This document shows positions 26,514-36,799 of a stretch of 64,000 nt of DNA, in pieces (within the stretch, counting starts at the first letter, position 1; each line of letters opens with the position of its first letter). The notes below the pieces were generated by a model. That model made no database searches and was not told the DNA's origin. It saw nothing but the letters and a program-made list of their open reading frames with translations. The DNA is from an uncultured Azospirillaceae bacterium (GTDB taxonomy: Bacteria > Pseudomonadota > Alphaproteobacteria > Rickettsiales > UBA3002), in contig CAZMBI010000010.1 of NCBI GenBank assembly GCA_964564675.1, positions 7 through 64,006 of the forward strand, written 5' to 3'. A program made the translations under genes and the position numbers.

Positions 26514-27860
26514 ATGGAAAGCAACGCCACCGCCGCCATCATCCTCGCCGCCGGCAAAGGCACGCGCATGCGCTCCTCAACCCCGAAGATCCTGCATGAG
26601 ATCGCCCGCCGGCCGATGCTGGGCCATGTCATGCGCGCCGCCCGGGCGGCCGGGTGTTCCCCGCTGGCGGTGGTCACCGGCGCCGATATGCCGGCGGTCG
26701 GCGATTATGCCCGCAGCGTGCAGCCGGGCTGTCTGCTCGCACAGCAAACACAACCGCTGGGCACGGCGCACGCCGTGCTGGCCGCACGCGAGGCGCTGCG
26801 CGATCATAGCGGCAATCTGGTCGTGCTGTTCGGCGACAGCCCGCTGATTCAACCGGATACCATTGCCCGGCTAATGAGCACGCTAAGCAAAGACCCGCAC
26901 TGTGCGGCGGCCGTTTTAGGGTTTGAAGCCGCCGCGCCCGGCGGTTATGGGCGGCTGGTGATGACAGACGGCGTGTTGCAGCGTATTGTCGAGGCCAAAG
27001 ACGCCACCGACGCTGAGCGTGCCATCACCACCTGCAATGCCGGCATCATGGCGCTGCGCGGCAATCTGGTCTGGGAGATGCTCGAGCAGATCGCCCCGCA
27101 TAATACACAGGGGGAATATTACCTGACCGATATCATCGCCCCCGCGAAGGCCTTGGGCTATCAGTGCCGCGTGGTGATGGGCGATGCCGGCGAGGCCCTC
27201 GGCGTCAATTCACGCGCGCAGCTGGCCGAGGTGGAAGCGGTCTGCCAACAACGCCTGCGCGAACAGGCCATGGCCGCCGGCGTCACCCTGATAGCGCCGG
27301 AGACGGTCTATCTTGCCGCCGATACCGAACTGGGCGAAGACGTTACCATCGAGCCGCATGTCATATTCGGGCCGCGGGTGGCAGTGGCCGATGGCGCGGT
27401 GATCCGCTCTTTTTCTCATATCGAGGGCGCGGTGATCGGCCATCGCGCTGTTATAGGCCCGTTTGCCCGGCTGCGCCCCGGTTCCAATATTGGTGACGAC
27501 AGTAAAATCGGCAATTTTGTGGAGATTAAAAAGGCGCAGATTGAAGCCGATGTCAAAATTTCGCACCTGTCTTATATCGGCGACGCCCATGTCGGCGAGG
27601 GCAGCAATATCGGCGCGGGCACTATTACCTGCAATTATGACGGCTATCAGAAATACCATACGGAAATCGGCGCGGAGGTGTTTATCGGCTCCAATACGGC
27701 GCTGGTAGCCCCCGTGGTGGTAGGCGCCGGCGCTTATGTCGGGGCCGGCAGCGTGGTTACCGATGACGTGGCGCCCGATGCGCTGGCCATCGCCCGCTCG
27801 CGGCAGTCTTACAAGGCCGAATGGGCCAAAAATTTCCGAGGCCGTATGGAACAGGAATAA
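26514..27860 (+). CDS. glmU: Bifunctional GlmU
   Basis: ILAAGKGTRMRS..PK, GEYYLTD, GPFARLRPG, HLSYIGDA, GAGTITCNYDG. Confidence 0.97.
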   Translation: MESNATAAIILAAGKGTRMRSSTPKILHEIARRPMLGHVMRAARAAGCSPLAVVTGADMPAVGDYARSVQPGCLLAQQTQPLGTAHAVLAAREALRDHSGNLVVLFGDSPLIQPDTIARLMSTLSKDPHCAAAVLGFEAAAPGGYGRLVMTDGVLQRIVEAKDATDAERAITTCNAGIMALRGNLVWEMLEQIAPHNTQGEYYLTDIIAPAKALGYQCRVVMGDAGEALGVNSRAQLAEVEAVCQQRLREQAMAAGVTLIAPETVYLAADTELGEDVTIEPHVIFGPRVAVADGAVIRSFSHIEGAVIGHRAVIGPFARLRPGSNIGDDSKIGNFVEIKKAQIEADVKISHLSYIGDAHVGEGSNIGAGTITCNYDGYQKYHTEIGAEVFIGSNTALVAPVVVGAGAYVGAGSVVTDDVAPDALAIARSRQSYKAEWAKNFRGRMEQE

Positions 27861-27902
27861 AATTAAGCGAAATGCCTCTCAATAGGCGATGTCGTTGGGT
27901 AT

Positions 27903-27924
27903 TCCCTCCCTTTGAGGGACAGGG
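27903..27924. repeat. Intergenic REP-like hairpin between convergent glmU and cinA
   Basis: TCCCTCCCT-TTG-AGGGACAGGG, same type as the gltB hairpins. Confidence 0.5.
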
Positions 27925-27949
27925 CACGGTAGGCGCTGCCACCCTTCAT

Positions 27950-28450
27950 TTAATTGTCTGGTGTCCCCAGCGCCGCTTCCAGCATGATGAGCGCCTCAGC
28001 GACGGCAGCCAGCCGGATCATCTCTCGATCGCCATCAAAATGACAGAGTTGATGGACGGTCTCGCCCTGCCGGCGCGCGGTAGCCAGATGCACCAGCCCG
28101 ACGGGCTTGTCCTGTGATCCACCGCCCGGGCCGGCCACACCGGTGACGGCAATACTGACATCCGCCTGTGAGTACCAGATCGCGCCCTCCGCCATCGCCC
28201 GCGCCACCGGCTCGCTGACCGCACCGTAACGTTCTACAAGCGCTTCCGCCACATGGAGCAATTCGATTTTGGCGTGGTTGCTATAGGTCACAAAGCCGCG
28301 CTCCAGCACAGCCGAAGAGCCGGGGACCGCGGTCAGCAGGGCGGCAATCAGTCCACCCGTGCAGGATTCGGCGGTGGCCACCGTCTTGCGATGTGCCTGC
28401 GCCCGCTCAAGCAATTGGTTCGCCGCCAGGGTCAATTGGGTGTTGAACAT
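27950..28450 (-). CDS. CinA C-terminal/PncC-like NMN amidohydrolase
   Basis: ATAESCTGG, GFVTYSN.AK, GAVS, TGVAGPGGG, KPVGLV. Confidence 0.92.
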   Translation of the reverse strand: MFNTQLTLAANQLLERAQAHRKTVATAESCTGGLIAALLTAVPGSSAVLERGFVTYSNHAKIELLHVAEALVERYGAVSEPVARAMAEGAIWYSQADVSIAVTGVAGPGGGSQDKPVGLVHLATARRQGETVHQLCHFDGDREMIRLAAVAEALIMLEAALGTPDN

Positions 28451-28507
28451 GCTTTACCTATGCATTCACTCGGAGTAATTATAACGTAAGATATAAGCAG
28501 GGTATAT

Positions 28508-29296
28508 ATGCCGCTGATTGCCACCTGGAATATCAACTCGATTAAGGCGCGAATCGGGCATTTGCGCCACTGGTTGTGGGAAACGCAACCCGATATCGCA
28601 TTGTTGCAGGAAACCAAATGCGACGATAATGCCTTTCCGCGTATGGAAATTGAGGATCTTGGCTATAATCTCGCCCTGAATGGACAGAAAACCTATAACG
28701 GCGTGGCAATTTTAAGCAAATATCCGCTGGATGATGTCCGCAAAGGCCTTGATGGTGAGCCTGATGACGCGCAGGCGCGTTATATTGAAGCCGTCGCCAG
28801 CGTCGAGGGCACAGTCATTCGCGTTGCCTCAGTGTATGTGCCCAACGGGCAGGCAGTCGGCTCCGATAAATTTGCGTACAAGTTGCGTTTTTTTGAACGG
28901 CTGCGATCGCGTTTATCGCAACTTTTGCCCTACGAAGAAGTCTGTGTCATCGGTGGCGACTATAACGCTGCCCCCTACCCAATCGATGTGTATAACCCGG
29001 AGAAACTGGACGGCACGGTCTGTTATCACCCGGAAGAGCGGCGGCAGCTGCGCGCGCTGCTGCATCTGGGTTATTACGATGCGTTCCGTACGGTCAACCC
29101 ACATGCCGAACAATTTTCCTGGTGGGATTATCGCGGTAACGCCTATCCCAACAATCACGGCCTGCGCATCGACCATTTGCTCTTATCGCCACAGGCAACC
29201 GACTGGCTGCATGAAAGCCGCATTGACGAAACCGCTCGCAGTTGGGAAAAGCCCTCCGATCACGCGCCGGTGCTGTGCGAATTAGCTATCCCCTAG
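28508..29296 (+). CDS. xth: Exodeoxyribonuclease III
   Basis: ATWNINS, LQETK, YVPNG, GDYN, SWWDYR, GLRIDH, SDHAPV. Confidence 0.96.
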   Translation: MPLIATWNINSIKARIGHLRHWLWETQPDIALLQETKCDDNAFPRMEIEDLGYNLALNGQKTYNGVAILSKYPLDDVRKGLDGEPDDAQARYIEAVASVEGTVIRVASVYVPNGQAVGSDKFAYKLRFFERLRSRLSQLLPYEEVCVIGGDYNAAPYPIDVYNPEKLDGTVCYHPEERRQLRALLHLGYYDAFRTVNPHAEQFSWWDYRGNAYPNNHGLRIDHLLLSPQATDWLHESRIDETARSWEKPSDHAPVLCELAIP

Positions 29297-29305
29297 ACCT
29301 ATCCA

Positions 29306-31174
29306 CTAGAAAGTGCCGGGCGGCTCATCGTCAATCGGGGACGCGGCGGACACGTCGTGCTCAACGACCTTTTGCTTCTTATCCTTTTTCAGCTCCGTGA
29401 GTGCCGCTTTCTGATCTTCGCTCAGCCCCACCCGGTTGGCGCCCTGCCCGGCGGCGCTGACCTCATTGGCCTTGGTATGCAGTTGCGGGTCGAAATCATA
29501 ATGGCCGTTAGCCGGTCGCTCCGCCGGCGGGTCTGGTGCGAATGCTGTATTCGGGTCATCGCCGCCGTGACCCGTCTGAACCGATTGTAGCGGCTCTTGC
29601 GCTGCGGGCGGTGCCGGCGATGCCGATTCCGGAGCGGGCGGCGTAACAGGCATCGCCTGTGCCTGAGAAGGCGCTGGCTCTTGCGCTGAGGGCGGCGGTG
29701 GTGCCGGCTCCGGAGCGGGCGTCTCGGCAGGGTTTGGCGCGGCTTGAACCGGATCGTCCGCCGGTTGTGAATCACCGTGTTGAAGGCTTTGTTGTACGCC
29801 TATTTCAAGCGAGCTGGGACAGATTTGATTGCGCCCGCCATGCTTGGCTTCATACAGCGCATTATCCGCCCGTTTGAGCAACTGTTCTGCGGTATCCCCT
29901 TCCAGATTCAAACTGGCCAGGCCGATACTGATCGTCTTATTCAGCTCACCTACTTCGTGGCTGACTTTAAACGGCGTGTATTCAACCATTTTACGTATCC
30001 GGTCGGCAACATCATACGCATTCTTAAACGGCGTCTCCGGCATGAGCACGACAAATTCTTCGCCACCGAAGCGCGCCACCAGATCCGAGCTGCGGGTTTC
30101 GTTGATTATAACCTGTGACAACTGCCTGAGAATCTCGTCCCCCACATCGTGACCATAGGTGTCGTTAACGGGCTTGAAATAGTCCATGTCCATGATAATC
30201 AAGGACATGTGCTTATGTTTTTCCAGTGAAGAACTCACCATGTTTTTAAGGTGCGTATCGAGATAATGGCGATTATACAGGCCCGTCAGGCCATCCGTAA
30301 TCGCCATTGACACGCTTTCCTGATAATTTAATTTTAAGGCATCCTGATATTTCTTACGCCGGATCTGGGTTTTCGCCCGCGCCAGCATTTCGTTGAAATC
30401 CACCGGTACGATCAAATAATCGTTGACGCCCAGCTCCAGGGCTTTGAGCATCAGGTTGGTTTCCTGCTCATCGACCAGCATAACCACCGGCACATGGCGC
30501 ATCCGCTCAACCGCCTTGAGTTGCGTTGCCAGACGCAACCCGTCGATTTCGGTCAGCATTGAGCTGATAATAACCAAATCCACATCTTCCGTTCTGGCTC
30601 GCTCGATTGCATCTCTATGGTCTTCAAACATCTCCACTTTATAGAACTCATCGAGCTTTTCCTTCATATAGCGCGACTGCACCACATCATCGTCAACCAG
30701 CCAAACCTTCGAGCCGGTGGGATCAAAATTGACGGGCACCAGATCGTTCATCACGCCCATTTGCGAACCGGACTGGTCGCGCAGGCGCAATTCATCGATT
30801 AAGACCTTAATACGGATGAGGGATTTCACACGCGCAAATAACGCTGTGTCATTAATCGGTTTGGTAACGAAATCATCCGCCCCAGATTCCAGTCCCTGGA
30901 CGCGATCCGATGGCTCCGACAACGCGGTTACCATAACCACGGGGATATGGGAAAGCTCGGGATCACTCTTCAGACGTGAACAGGTCTCAAATCCATCCAT
31001 GCCGGGCATCATCACATCCAGCAAAATCAGATCTGGCTTATGTTCCTTTGCTTGCTTAAGCGCCTCATAGCCATCTTTGGCGGTGAGGACATCGTAATAT
31101 TCATTACTTAGTTTCGCCTCTAGCAGCTTCACATTAGCCGAGACGTCATCGACAACCAGGATCACCCCTGTCAT
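29306..31174 (-). CDS. pleD: PleD REC-REC-GGDEF diguanylate cyclase with long Pro/Ala tail
   Basis: Two receiver domains, TDGLTGLYNR, RSSD I-site, RFGGEEF; follows divK. Confidence 0.94.
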   Translation of the reverse strand: MTGVILVVDDVSANVKLLEAKLSNEYYDVLTAKDGYEALKQAKEHKPDLILLDVMMPGMDGFETCSRLKSDPELSHIPVVMVTALSEPSDRVQGLESGADDFVTKPINDTALFARVKSLIRIKVLIDELRLRDQSGSQMGVMNDLVPVNFDPTGSKVWLVDDDVVQSRYMKEKLDEFYKVEMFEDHRDAIERARTEDVDLVIISSMLTEIDGLRLATQLKAVERMRHVPVVMLVDEQETNLMLKALELGVNDYLIVPVDFNEMLARAKTQIRRKKYQDALKLNYQESVSMAITDGLTGLYNRHYLDTHLKNMVSSSLEKHKHMSLIIMDMDYFKPVNDTYGHDVGDEILRQLSQVIINETRSSDLVARFGGEEFVVLMPETPFKNAYDVADRIRKMVEYTPFKVSHEVGELNKTISIGLASLNLEGDTAEQLLKRADNALYEAKHGGRNQICPSSLEIGVQQSLQHGDSQPADDPVQAAPNPAETPAPEPAPPPPSAQEPAPSQAQAMPVTPPAPESASPAPPAAQEPLQSVQTGHGGDDPNTAFAPDPPAERPANGHYDFDPQLHTKANEVSAAGQGANRVGLSEDQKAALTELKKDKKQKVVEHDVSAASPIDDEPPGTF

Positions 31175-31177
31175 CGG

Positions 31178-31558
31178 CTATACCTCCACGGGATCGTTCA
31201 AAAACTTGCGTAATGTTGCCAGAAAGTGATCGATGGAAATGGGTTTGGAGATATAGGCTTCACAGCCTGCACGAAGAATTTTTTCCTCATCATCCTTCAT
31301 GGCAAAAGCGGTCACCGCAACTACGGGTATATGCCGGATTTCCTCGTCAGACTTGATCTTTTTAGTCACATCCAGACCGGAAATCTCTGGCAACTGAATA
31401 TCCATTAAAATCAGATCCGGACGAATGTTGCGGGTCAAACTGATTGCTTCCAACCCTTCCTTGGTTTCAATGGTCTCATACCCGTTAGCCTCTAATAGAT
31501 CACGAAAGAGCTTCAGGTTCAGATCATTATCTTCAACGATCAGAATTTTTTTGGTCAT
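31178..31558 (-). CDS. divK: Single-domain response regulator DivK
   Basis: [44 protein letters not shown]. Confidence 0.93.
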   Translation of the reverse strand: MTKKILIVEDNDLNLKLFRDLLEANGYETIETKEGLEAISLTRNIRPDLILMDIQLPEISGLDVTKKIKSDEEIRHIPVVAVTAFAMKDDEEKILRAGCEAYISKPISIDHFLATLRKFLNDPVEV

Positions 31559-31780
31559 ATGCGAGTCCCTTTACGCACCTGGCTGTTATATTGTTATTTT
31601 TCGTAATATCCTTGTTGTAACACAGAATTTGTTAAAATTGTATTACTGCAAAACACTTAGACTGGCAGCATGCCAGAATCGACAAAATTGGTCTATTGAA
31701 ATCCCTGCATTCTGTCTAAACCAAGCACGAACATACAACCAGATAGGTAAAATGGTAACAAAAAACCGGCCACTAACTGG

Positions 31781-33004
31781 TTATAATTTAGGCAGTTTGA
31801 CGCCGAGGCATTTGGCCAGATTCTCCTGCTCTCCGTAATAGGCGGCGCGGCGCAGAAAGCGTGGCATGATGCCGGACCATTGAAAGTTGCCTTTGAGTTT
31901 GCCGTCGCTGCCCTCACCCTGCGATTGAAACTGAAACAAATCCTGCATGGTGATGACATCGCCTTCCATCCCGACAAGCTCGGTGACGAATGTAATCCGC
32001 CGGTGCCCGTCTCGCATGCGACTGACCTGGACAATAATATTAATAGCCGAGGAGATCTGTTGGCGAATGGCGGTCACAGGTAAATTCAAATTAGCCATAT
32101 TGATCATATTTTCCAGTCTGGAAAGCGCATCACGGGGGTGGTTGGCGTGAATGGTGGTTAACGAACCTTCATGGCCGGTATTCATGGCCTGCATCATGTC
32201 AAACGCCTCCGCGCCGCGCACCTCACCAACGATGATGCGGTCCGGGCGCATGCGCAGGGCATTTTTTACCAGATCGCGGATAGAAACTTCCTCTTCTCGT
32301 CGGCTGTCGAATGTCACCGGCTTGGTTTCAAGGCGGACCAGATTACTTAATTGCAGTTTCAACTCGGCGGCATCCTCAATGGTGACCACGCGTTCGATAT
32401 CATCGATGTGTTGCGACATGGCATTCATCATCGTTGTTTTACCAGAGCCCGTTCCTCCCGAAATCATCACATTCAGGCGGCATTTGGCGATAATGCGGAG
32501 AAATTCCGCCAAAGCAGGCGACATATTGTTTTGTTCACGCATCATATCCAGCGTGATGGTTTTTTTGGCGAATTTCCGGATTGAGATCGCCGTGCCGTCC
32601 ACCGACAAGGGGGGGGCGATAATATTGACCCGGCTGCCATCCAGCAAACGTGCGTCCACCAGTGGCCGTGAGGGATTTAGTCGGCGGCCGACTGCGCCGA
32701 CCACCTTTTCAGCAATATCGATAACGGCCGCGTCGCTGGGGAAAGTAACATCCGTCAGTTCCAACTTGCCGTGACGTTCAACGAATATTTTGTCATGGCG
32801 ATTAATCAGAATATCGTTAACCGTATCATCTTCCAGCAGAGGCTGAATCGGTCCCAGATTCTGAATTTCTTCAACCAGCCGGGCCGTTAGGTTCTGAATT
32901 TTTTCTTCCTCGTGGTCAAGCCCGTAAGCCGCCTGAATCGTGCGGGTGAGGGACTCAAGCTGCCCCTCAAGGTGAGCGATGCGGGTGTCACTGTCTTGTG
33001 GCAT
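31781..33004 (-). CDS. cpaF: Tad pilus ATPase CpaF/TadA (copy 2)
   Basis: VDARLLDGSRVN, GGTGSGKTT, TIEDAAEL, LRMRPDRIIVGEVRG, MNTGHEG; start set at MPQDS. Confidence 0.9.
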   Translation of the reverse strand: MPQDSDTRIAHLEGQLESLTRTIQAAYGLDHEEEKIQNLTARLVEEIQNLGPIQPLLEDDTVNDILINRHDKIFVERHGKLELTDVTFPSDAAVIDIAEKVVGAVGRRLNPSRPLVDARLLDGSRVNIIAPPLSVDGTAISIRKFAKKTITLDMMREQNNMSPALAEFLRIIAKCRLNVMISGGTGSGKTTMMNAMSQHIDDIERVVTIEDAAELKLQLSNLVRLETKPVTFDSRREEEVSIRDLVKNALRMRPDRIIVGEVRGAEAFDMMQAMNTGHEGSLTTIHANHPRDALSRLENMINMANLNLPVTAIRQQISSAINIIVQVSRMRDGHRRITFVTELVGMEGDVITMQDLFQFQSQGEGSDGKLKGNFQWSGIMPRFLRRAAYYGEQENLAKCLGVKLPKL

Positions 33005-33064
33005 AAGCGCTTTCTTCTGTTTTGATTTAAAGTGTATCAAAGCATTGGATAAAAGCAAATAGCT

Positions 33065-34387
33065 TTACTTGAATACGCCTGTTTTACGTAGCATATTTGC
33101 GAGATCCTTGTTGCGCGGGAGAACCCCCAGCCATTGGAATTGGCCCGTGATGCGGCCATTTTCATCTTCACCGCGAGGCTGAAACGTAAAGAGATCTTGC
33201 ATAACGACTGTATCGTTCTCAAGACCCACCACTTCCGTGATATTGGTGAGGCGGCGTGACCCGTCTTTAAAGCGGTTCACTTGTAAAATAATGCTCAACG
33301 CCGAAACGATTTGCTGCCGGATAAATTTCTGGCTTAAATGCATCTCACCCATATCCACCATGTTTTCCAGTCGCATAATCGCATCGCGCGGGCTGTTGGC
33401 ATGCATGGTGGCCAGCGATCCCTCGTGCCCGCAATTCATGGCTTGCAGCATATCAAACGCCTCCGCGCCGCGCACCTCACCGAGGATAATGCGGTCAGGC
33501 CGCATGCGCAGCGCGTTACGCGTCAAGTCCCGAATATTCACTTCTTCGGTACGGTCGCCAAGGCTTGTAGGCTCTTTGGTTTCCAGACGCACCACGTGCG
33601 GTTGCTGCAGTTGCAGTTCGGCCGAATCTTCAATGGTGACAATACGCTCACTGCGGTTAATATATTGCGACAGCGCGTTAAGCATGGTGGTCTTGCCGGC
33701 GCCGGTCCCGCCGCTGATCACCATATTCAGTTTGGTTTGCGCGCAGGCTTTCAGAAAATTTGCCACCTGTTCAGTCAGCACGTGGGTTTGCACCATGCTG
33801 TCCAGCGTAATCTGATGCGCCGGGAATTTGCGAATGGAAATGTGCGCCCCGTCAACGGCCATGGGCGGCAGAATGATATTGACGCGGCTGCCGTCCTCCA
33901 GGCGGGTATCGATCATCGGGCGCTTGGGGTCTATCTCTCGCTCAACCGACTTCAGAAGTTCCTGAGCAAAGGCGAGTACTTCCTCCGTTGTCTGAAAGGT
34001 TAAATTTGTTGCTTCCAGGATACCGGCGCGCTCAACATAAACCGGTCCGGCGCCGTTAATCAGGATGTCGTTGATCGAATCATCCTGCATCAGCTGATTA
34101 ATATGCGGGATATTGGACGGCTCCTGCCTGCGAGTGGCCATAGGCTCGGCTTGCATCGGCACCGACTCGGCCATCTCCGCCTCATCGCTTGCCGGTATGA
34201 CCGGTTCGGCAGGTTGCGCCATTTGCTCCGCAACGGCCAGCTCAATCGGGCTGGGTTCCGCCTCGGACCGCGTTGTTTGACCATGCGTTTCTGCATTATA
34301 ATGAGAAAACGGCTCAGGCGATTCCATGGGAGTAGTTAGAGACTCTAAGCGCTTTTCCTGAAACTCCGTCTTACGACTGGAAAACAT
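33065..34387 (-). CDS. cpaF: Tad pilus ATPase CpaF/TadA (copy 1) with low-complexity N-terminus
   Basis: DTRLEDGSRVN, GGTGAGKTT, TIEDSAEL, RPDRIILGEVRG, MNCGHEG. Confidence 0.9.
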   Translation of the reverse strand: MFSSRKTEFQEKRLESLTTPMESPEPFSHYNAETHGQTTRSEAEPSPIELAVAEQMAQPAEPVIPASDEAEMAESVPMQAEPMATRRQEPSNIPHINQLMQDDSINDILINGAGPVYVERAGILEATNLTFQTTEEVLAFAQELLKSVEREIDPKRPMIDTRLEDGSRVNIILPPMAVDGAHISIRKFPAHQITLDSMVQTHVLTEQVANFLKACAQTKLNMVISGGTGAGKTTMLNALSQYINRSERIVTIEDSAELQLQQPHVVRLETKEPTSLGDRTEEVNIRDLTRNALRMRPDRIILGEVRGAEAFDMLQAMNCGHEGSLATMHANSPRDAIMRLENMVDMGEMHLSQKFIRQQIVSALSIILQVNRFKDGSRRLTNITEVVGLENDTVVMQDLFTFQPRGEDENGRITGQFQWLGVLPRNKDLANMLRKTGVFK

Positions 34388-34476
34388 AGTTGCCTACCTT
34401 AATCACGTATTATTTTTTGGGACGTGATTCACGTCATATACATAAAGAGTATATCAACTATTTTATTTCGAATCGC

Positions 34477-34502
34477 TTAACGAAGTGTTACAGTTTGGTT
34501 AA
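34477..34502. promoter_or_regulatory. Tandem CtrA-like half-sites upstream of cpaF pair
   Basis: TTAA-N7-TTAC-N7-TTAA; a further TTAA-N7-TTAT at 34399-34413. Confidence 0.5.
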
Positions 34503-34508
34503 GATTTG

Positions 34509-35972
34509 CTAATTTTTTGATTTTTGCCGGCGGCGGATCACAGAGGAAGGGATATGCATGGCCTCGCGGTATTTAGCGACGGTCCGGCGGGCAATATCAA
34601 TGTTTTTATTTCTCAGCATATTAACAATCGCATCATCGGACAGCACCCGCTCCGGCGCCTCGCCGTCGATCAGCTCCTTGATATAAAACATGACGGTTTT
34701 GCTGGAGACGTCATCCGCGCCGCTGGAAGAGGATACGGAGGAGGTGAAGAAATACTTCAACTCAAAGATACCACGCGGCGTAGAAATAAACTTATTGGTT
34801 GTAACGCGGCTGACCGTGCTTTCATGCAGATCCACCTGCAGCGAGATGTCTTTCAGCGTCAGCGGCCGCAAAAACTGAATACCATACAGTAGAAACTGTT
34901 CCTGTTGACGGATAATCTCGGTGGAAACCTTCAAAATGCTCTGTGCCCGCTGGTCGATCGCGCGGATCAGCCAATTGGCCTGGGCCAGCTGCTCCGAAAT
35001 ATACTTCTTGTCGTCGCGCGCCTGCACCCGCGTGTCGAGTTGCTGGCAATACGGTTGATCCACCAGCACTTTCGGCAACACATCATGGTTCAACTCCACA
35101 AACCAGGTGCCGTCCTTGCCCTGACGCACAAACACATCGGGCACAACCGGCTGCGCCAGATCGTTGATAAACCGGCGCGCCGGGAACGGATCGAGCAGGC
35201 GGATTTGGCTGAGCATATCGGCGAAATCCTCATCGCTTGCCTGACAGGCAGCCTGCAAAGCGCCGAGCTCACCGCACTCCAGCAGCTGGATATGTTCCAG
35301 AAAGCACGCCATCATCGGGTCATACCAGTTGCGCTCGCGCAATTGCAGCGCCAGGCATTCCTGCAGTTCATGCGCGAACACGCCGGCCGGGTCAAAGCCT
35401 TTCAGCTGTGCCAGCGTCGCCTCCACCAACTCGGTATCAACCTGTAATTGCTGCGCCAGCTCGGCCGGGCTTTCCCGCAAATAGCCGCCGTCATCAAGCA
35501 TTTCAATCAGTTGCTGACCGATCATCCGCAAAACAGGGTCATCGATATCGACATGTAATTGCTCGTTGAGATGTTCGCGCAGTGTCACCTCACTGGAAAC
35601 CGTCTGCTCCAGCGTGCGCTCATCATCTTCAAACCCACGGGCCCCGCCAATGCCCTGATAGCTGCGGCCCATCTCATGATATGCCGACATATCCTGCGCG
35701 TCGTGCTGCCAGCCATCGCCGTAATTACTATCCAGCGCCTCGGCACGGTTCTGCCCTCCTTCTGGCTGCTGAGCCTGCTCCGCGTCACCGGACGCACCCT
35801 CCGCCGCCTCGCCATCCTCACGGGTGAGCAAGGGGTTACGCTCCAGTTCCTCTTCCACGAAAGCATTGAGTTCGGCGGCGGAAAACTGCAGCAGCTTGAT
35901 CGACTGCTGCAACTGCGCGGTCATCACCAGCGACTGACTTTGGCGTAATTCGAGTTTTTGCGTGGGTTTCAT
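34509..35972 (-). CDS. rpoN: RNA polymerase sigma-54
   Basis: QLQQSIKLLQ, LHESTVSR, ELKYFF, RpoN box ARRTVAKYRE. Confidence 0.98.
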   Translation of the reverse strand: MKPTQKLELRQSQSLVMTAQLQQSIKLLQFSAAELNAFVEEELERNPLLTREDGEAAEGASGDAEQAQQPEGGQNRAEALDSNYGDGWQHDAQDMSAYHEMGRSYQGIGGARGFEDDERTLEQTVSSEVTLREHLNEQLHVDIDDPVLRMIGQQLIEMLDDGGYLRESPAELAQQLQVDTELVEATLAQLKGFDPAGVFAHELQECLALQLRERNWYDPMMACFLEHIQLLECGELGALQAACQASDEDFADMLSQIRLLDPFPARRFINDLAQPVVPDVFVRQGKDGTWFVELNHDVLPKVLVDQPYCQQLDTRVQARDDKKYISEQLAQANWLIRAIDQRAQSILKVSTEIIRQQEQFLLYGIQFLRPLTLKDISLQVDLHESTVSRVTTNKFISTPRGIFELKYFFTSSVSSSSGADDVSSKTVMFYIKELIDGEAPERVLSDDAIVNMLRNKNIDIARRTVAKYREAMHIPSSVIRRRQKSKN

Positions 35973-35974
35973 CG

Positions 35975-36787
35975 CTAAACGCTGAAGGACTCGCCGAGAT
36001 AGACCCGACGCACTTCTTTATTCTCCACGATTTCGGACGGACTGCCTTCCATCAGCACCATGCCGTCATGAATAATATAGGCGCGGTCGATAATATCGAG
36101 TGTCTCGCGCACATTATGATCCGTAATCAGCACCCCGATGCCGCGGTTTTTCAAGGTCGAGACAATCTCGCGCACATCGGAAATGGCAATCGGATCAATC
36201 CCGGCCAGCGGCTCATCAAGCAGGATGAACGAGGGGCGCGAAGCCAGCGCACGGGCGATTTCCACCCGCCGCCGCTCGCCGCCGGAAAGCGCCACAGCGG
36301 GCGATTGACGCAGATGGGTGATCGAAAATTCGGCCAGTAAATCATCCAGCAGCACGTGGCGCCGTTGCGGTTCGGGTTCGGTCACCTCCAGCACCGCCAT
36401 AATATTTTGTTCCACCGTCAGCCCGCGAAAAATCGAGGCTTCCTGTGGCAGATAGCCGATACCCAGGCGCGCCCGGCGGTACATCGGCAGGTTGGTAATA
36501 TCCGTGCCATCCAGCGTGATTGTGCCGTAATCCGGGTTCACCAAGCCGGTAATCATATAAAAACACGTGGTTTTACCGGCGCCGTTGGGGCCAAGCAGGC
36601 CGACCGCTTCGCCGCGCGCCACTTCCAGGCTGACATTGCGCACCACCGGCCGCTTGGCAAACTGCTTACCAATGTGATGCACGCCCAGCCCGTCATTGCT
36701 GGCAACTAGGCTCGGCCCGTCCTGCGCACTCATCTCAGCCGGCGCGCGCGGGCCTTTCTCACGGGATTTAGCAAATAATAATACCAT
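35975..36787 (-). CDS. lptB: LPS export ABC ATPase (start may be 36733)
   Basis: GPNGAGKTTCFY, YLPQEASIFR, LSGGERRRVEIAR, ITDHNVRETL. Confidence 0.96.
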   Translation of the reverse strand: MVLLFAKSREKGPRAPAEMSAQDGPSLVASNDGLGVHHIGKQFAKRPVVRNVSLEVARGEAVGLLGPNGAGKTTCFYMITGLVNPDYGTITLDGTDITNLPMYRRARLGIGYLPQEASIFRGLTVEQNIMAVLEVTEPEPQRRHVLLDDLLAEFSITHLRQSPAVALSGGERRRVEIARALASRPSFILLDEPLAGIDPIAISDVREIVSTLKNRGIGVLITDHNVRETLDIIDRAYIIHDGMVLMEGSPSEIVENKEVRRVYLGESFSV

Positions 36788-36799
36788 ACGGCCCTGATA

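Noticed and set aside
31559..31780. CtrA box upstream of divK
   Set aside because: TTAA/GTAA half-sites are present but not at 7-nt spacing.
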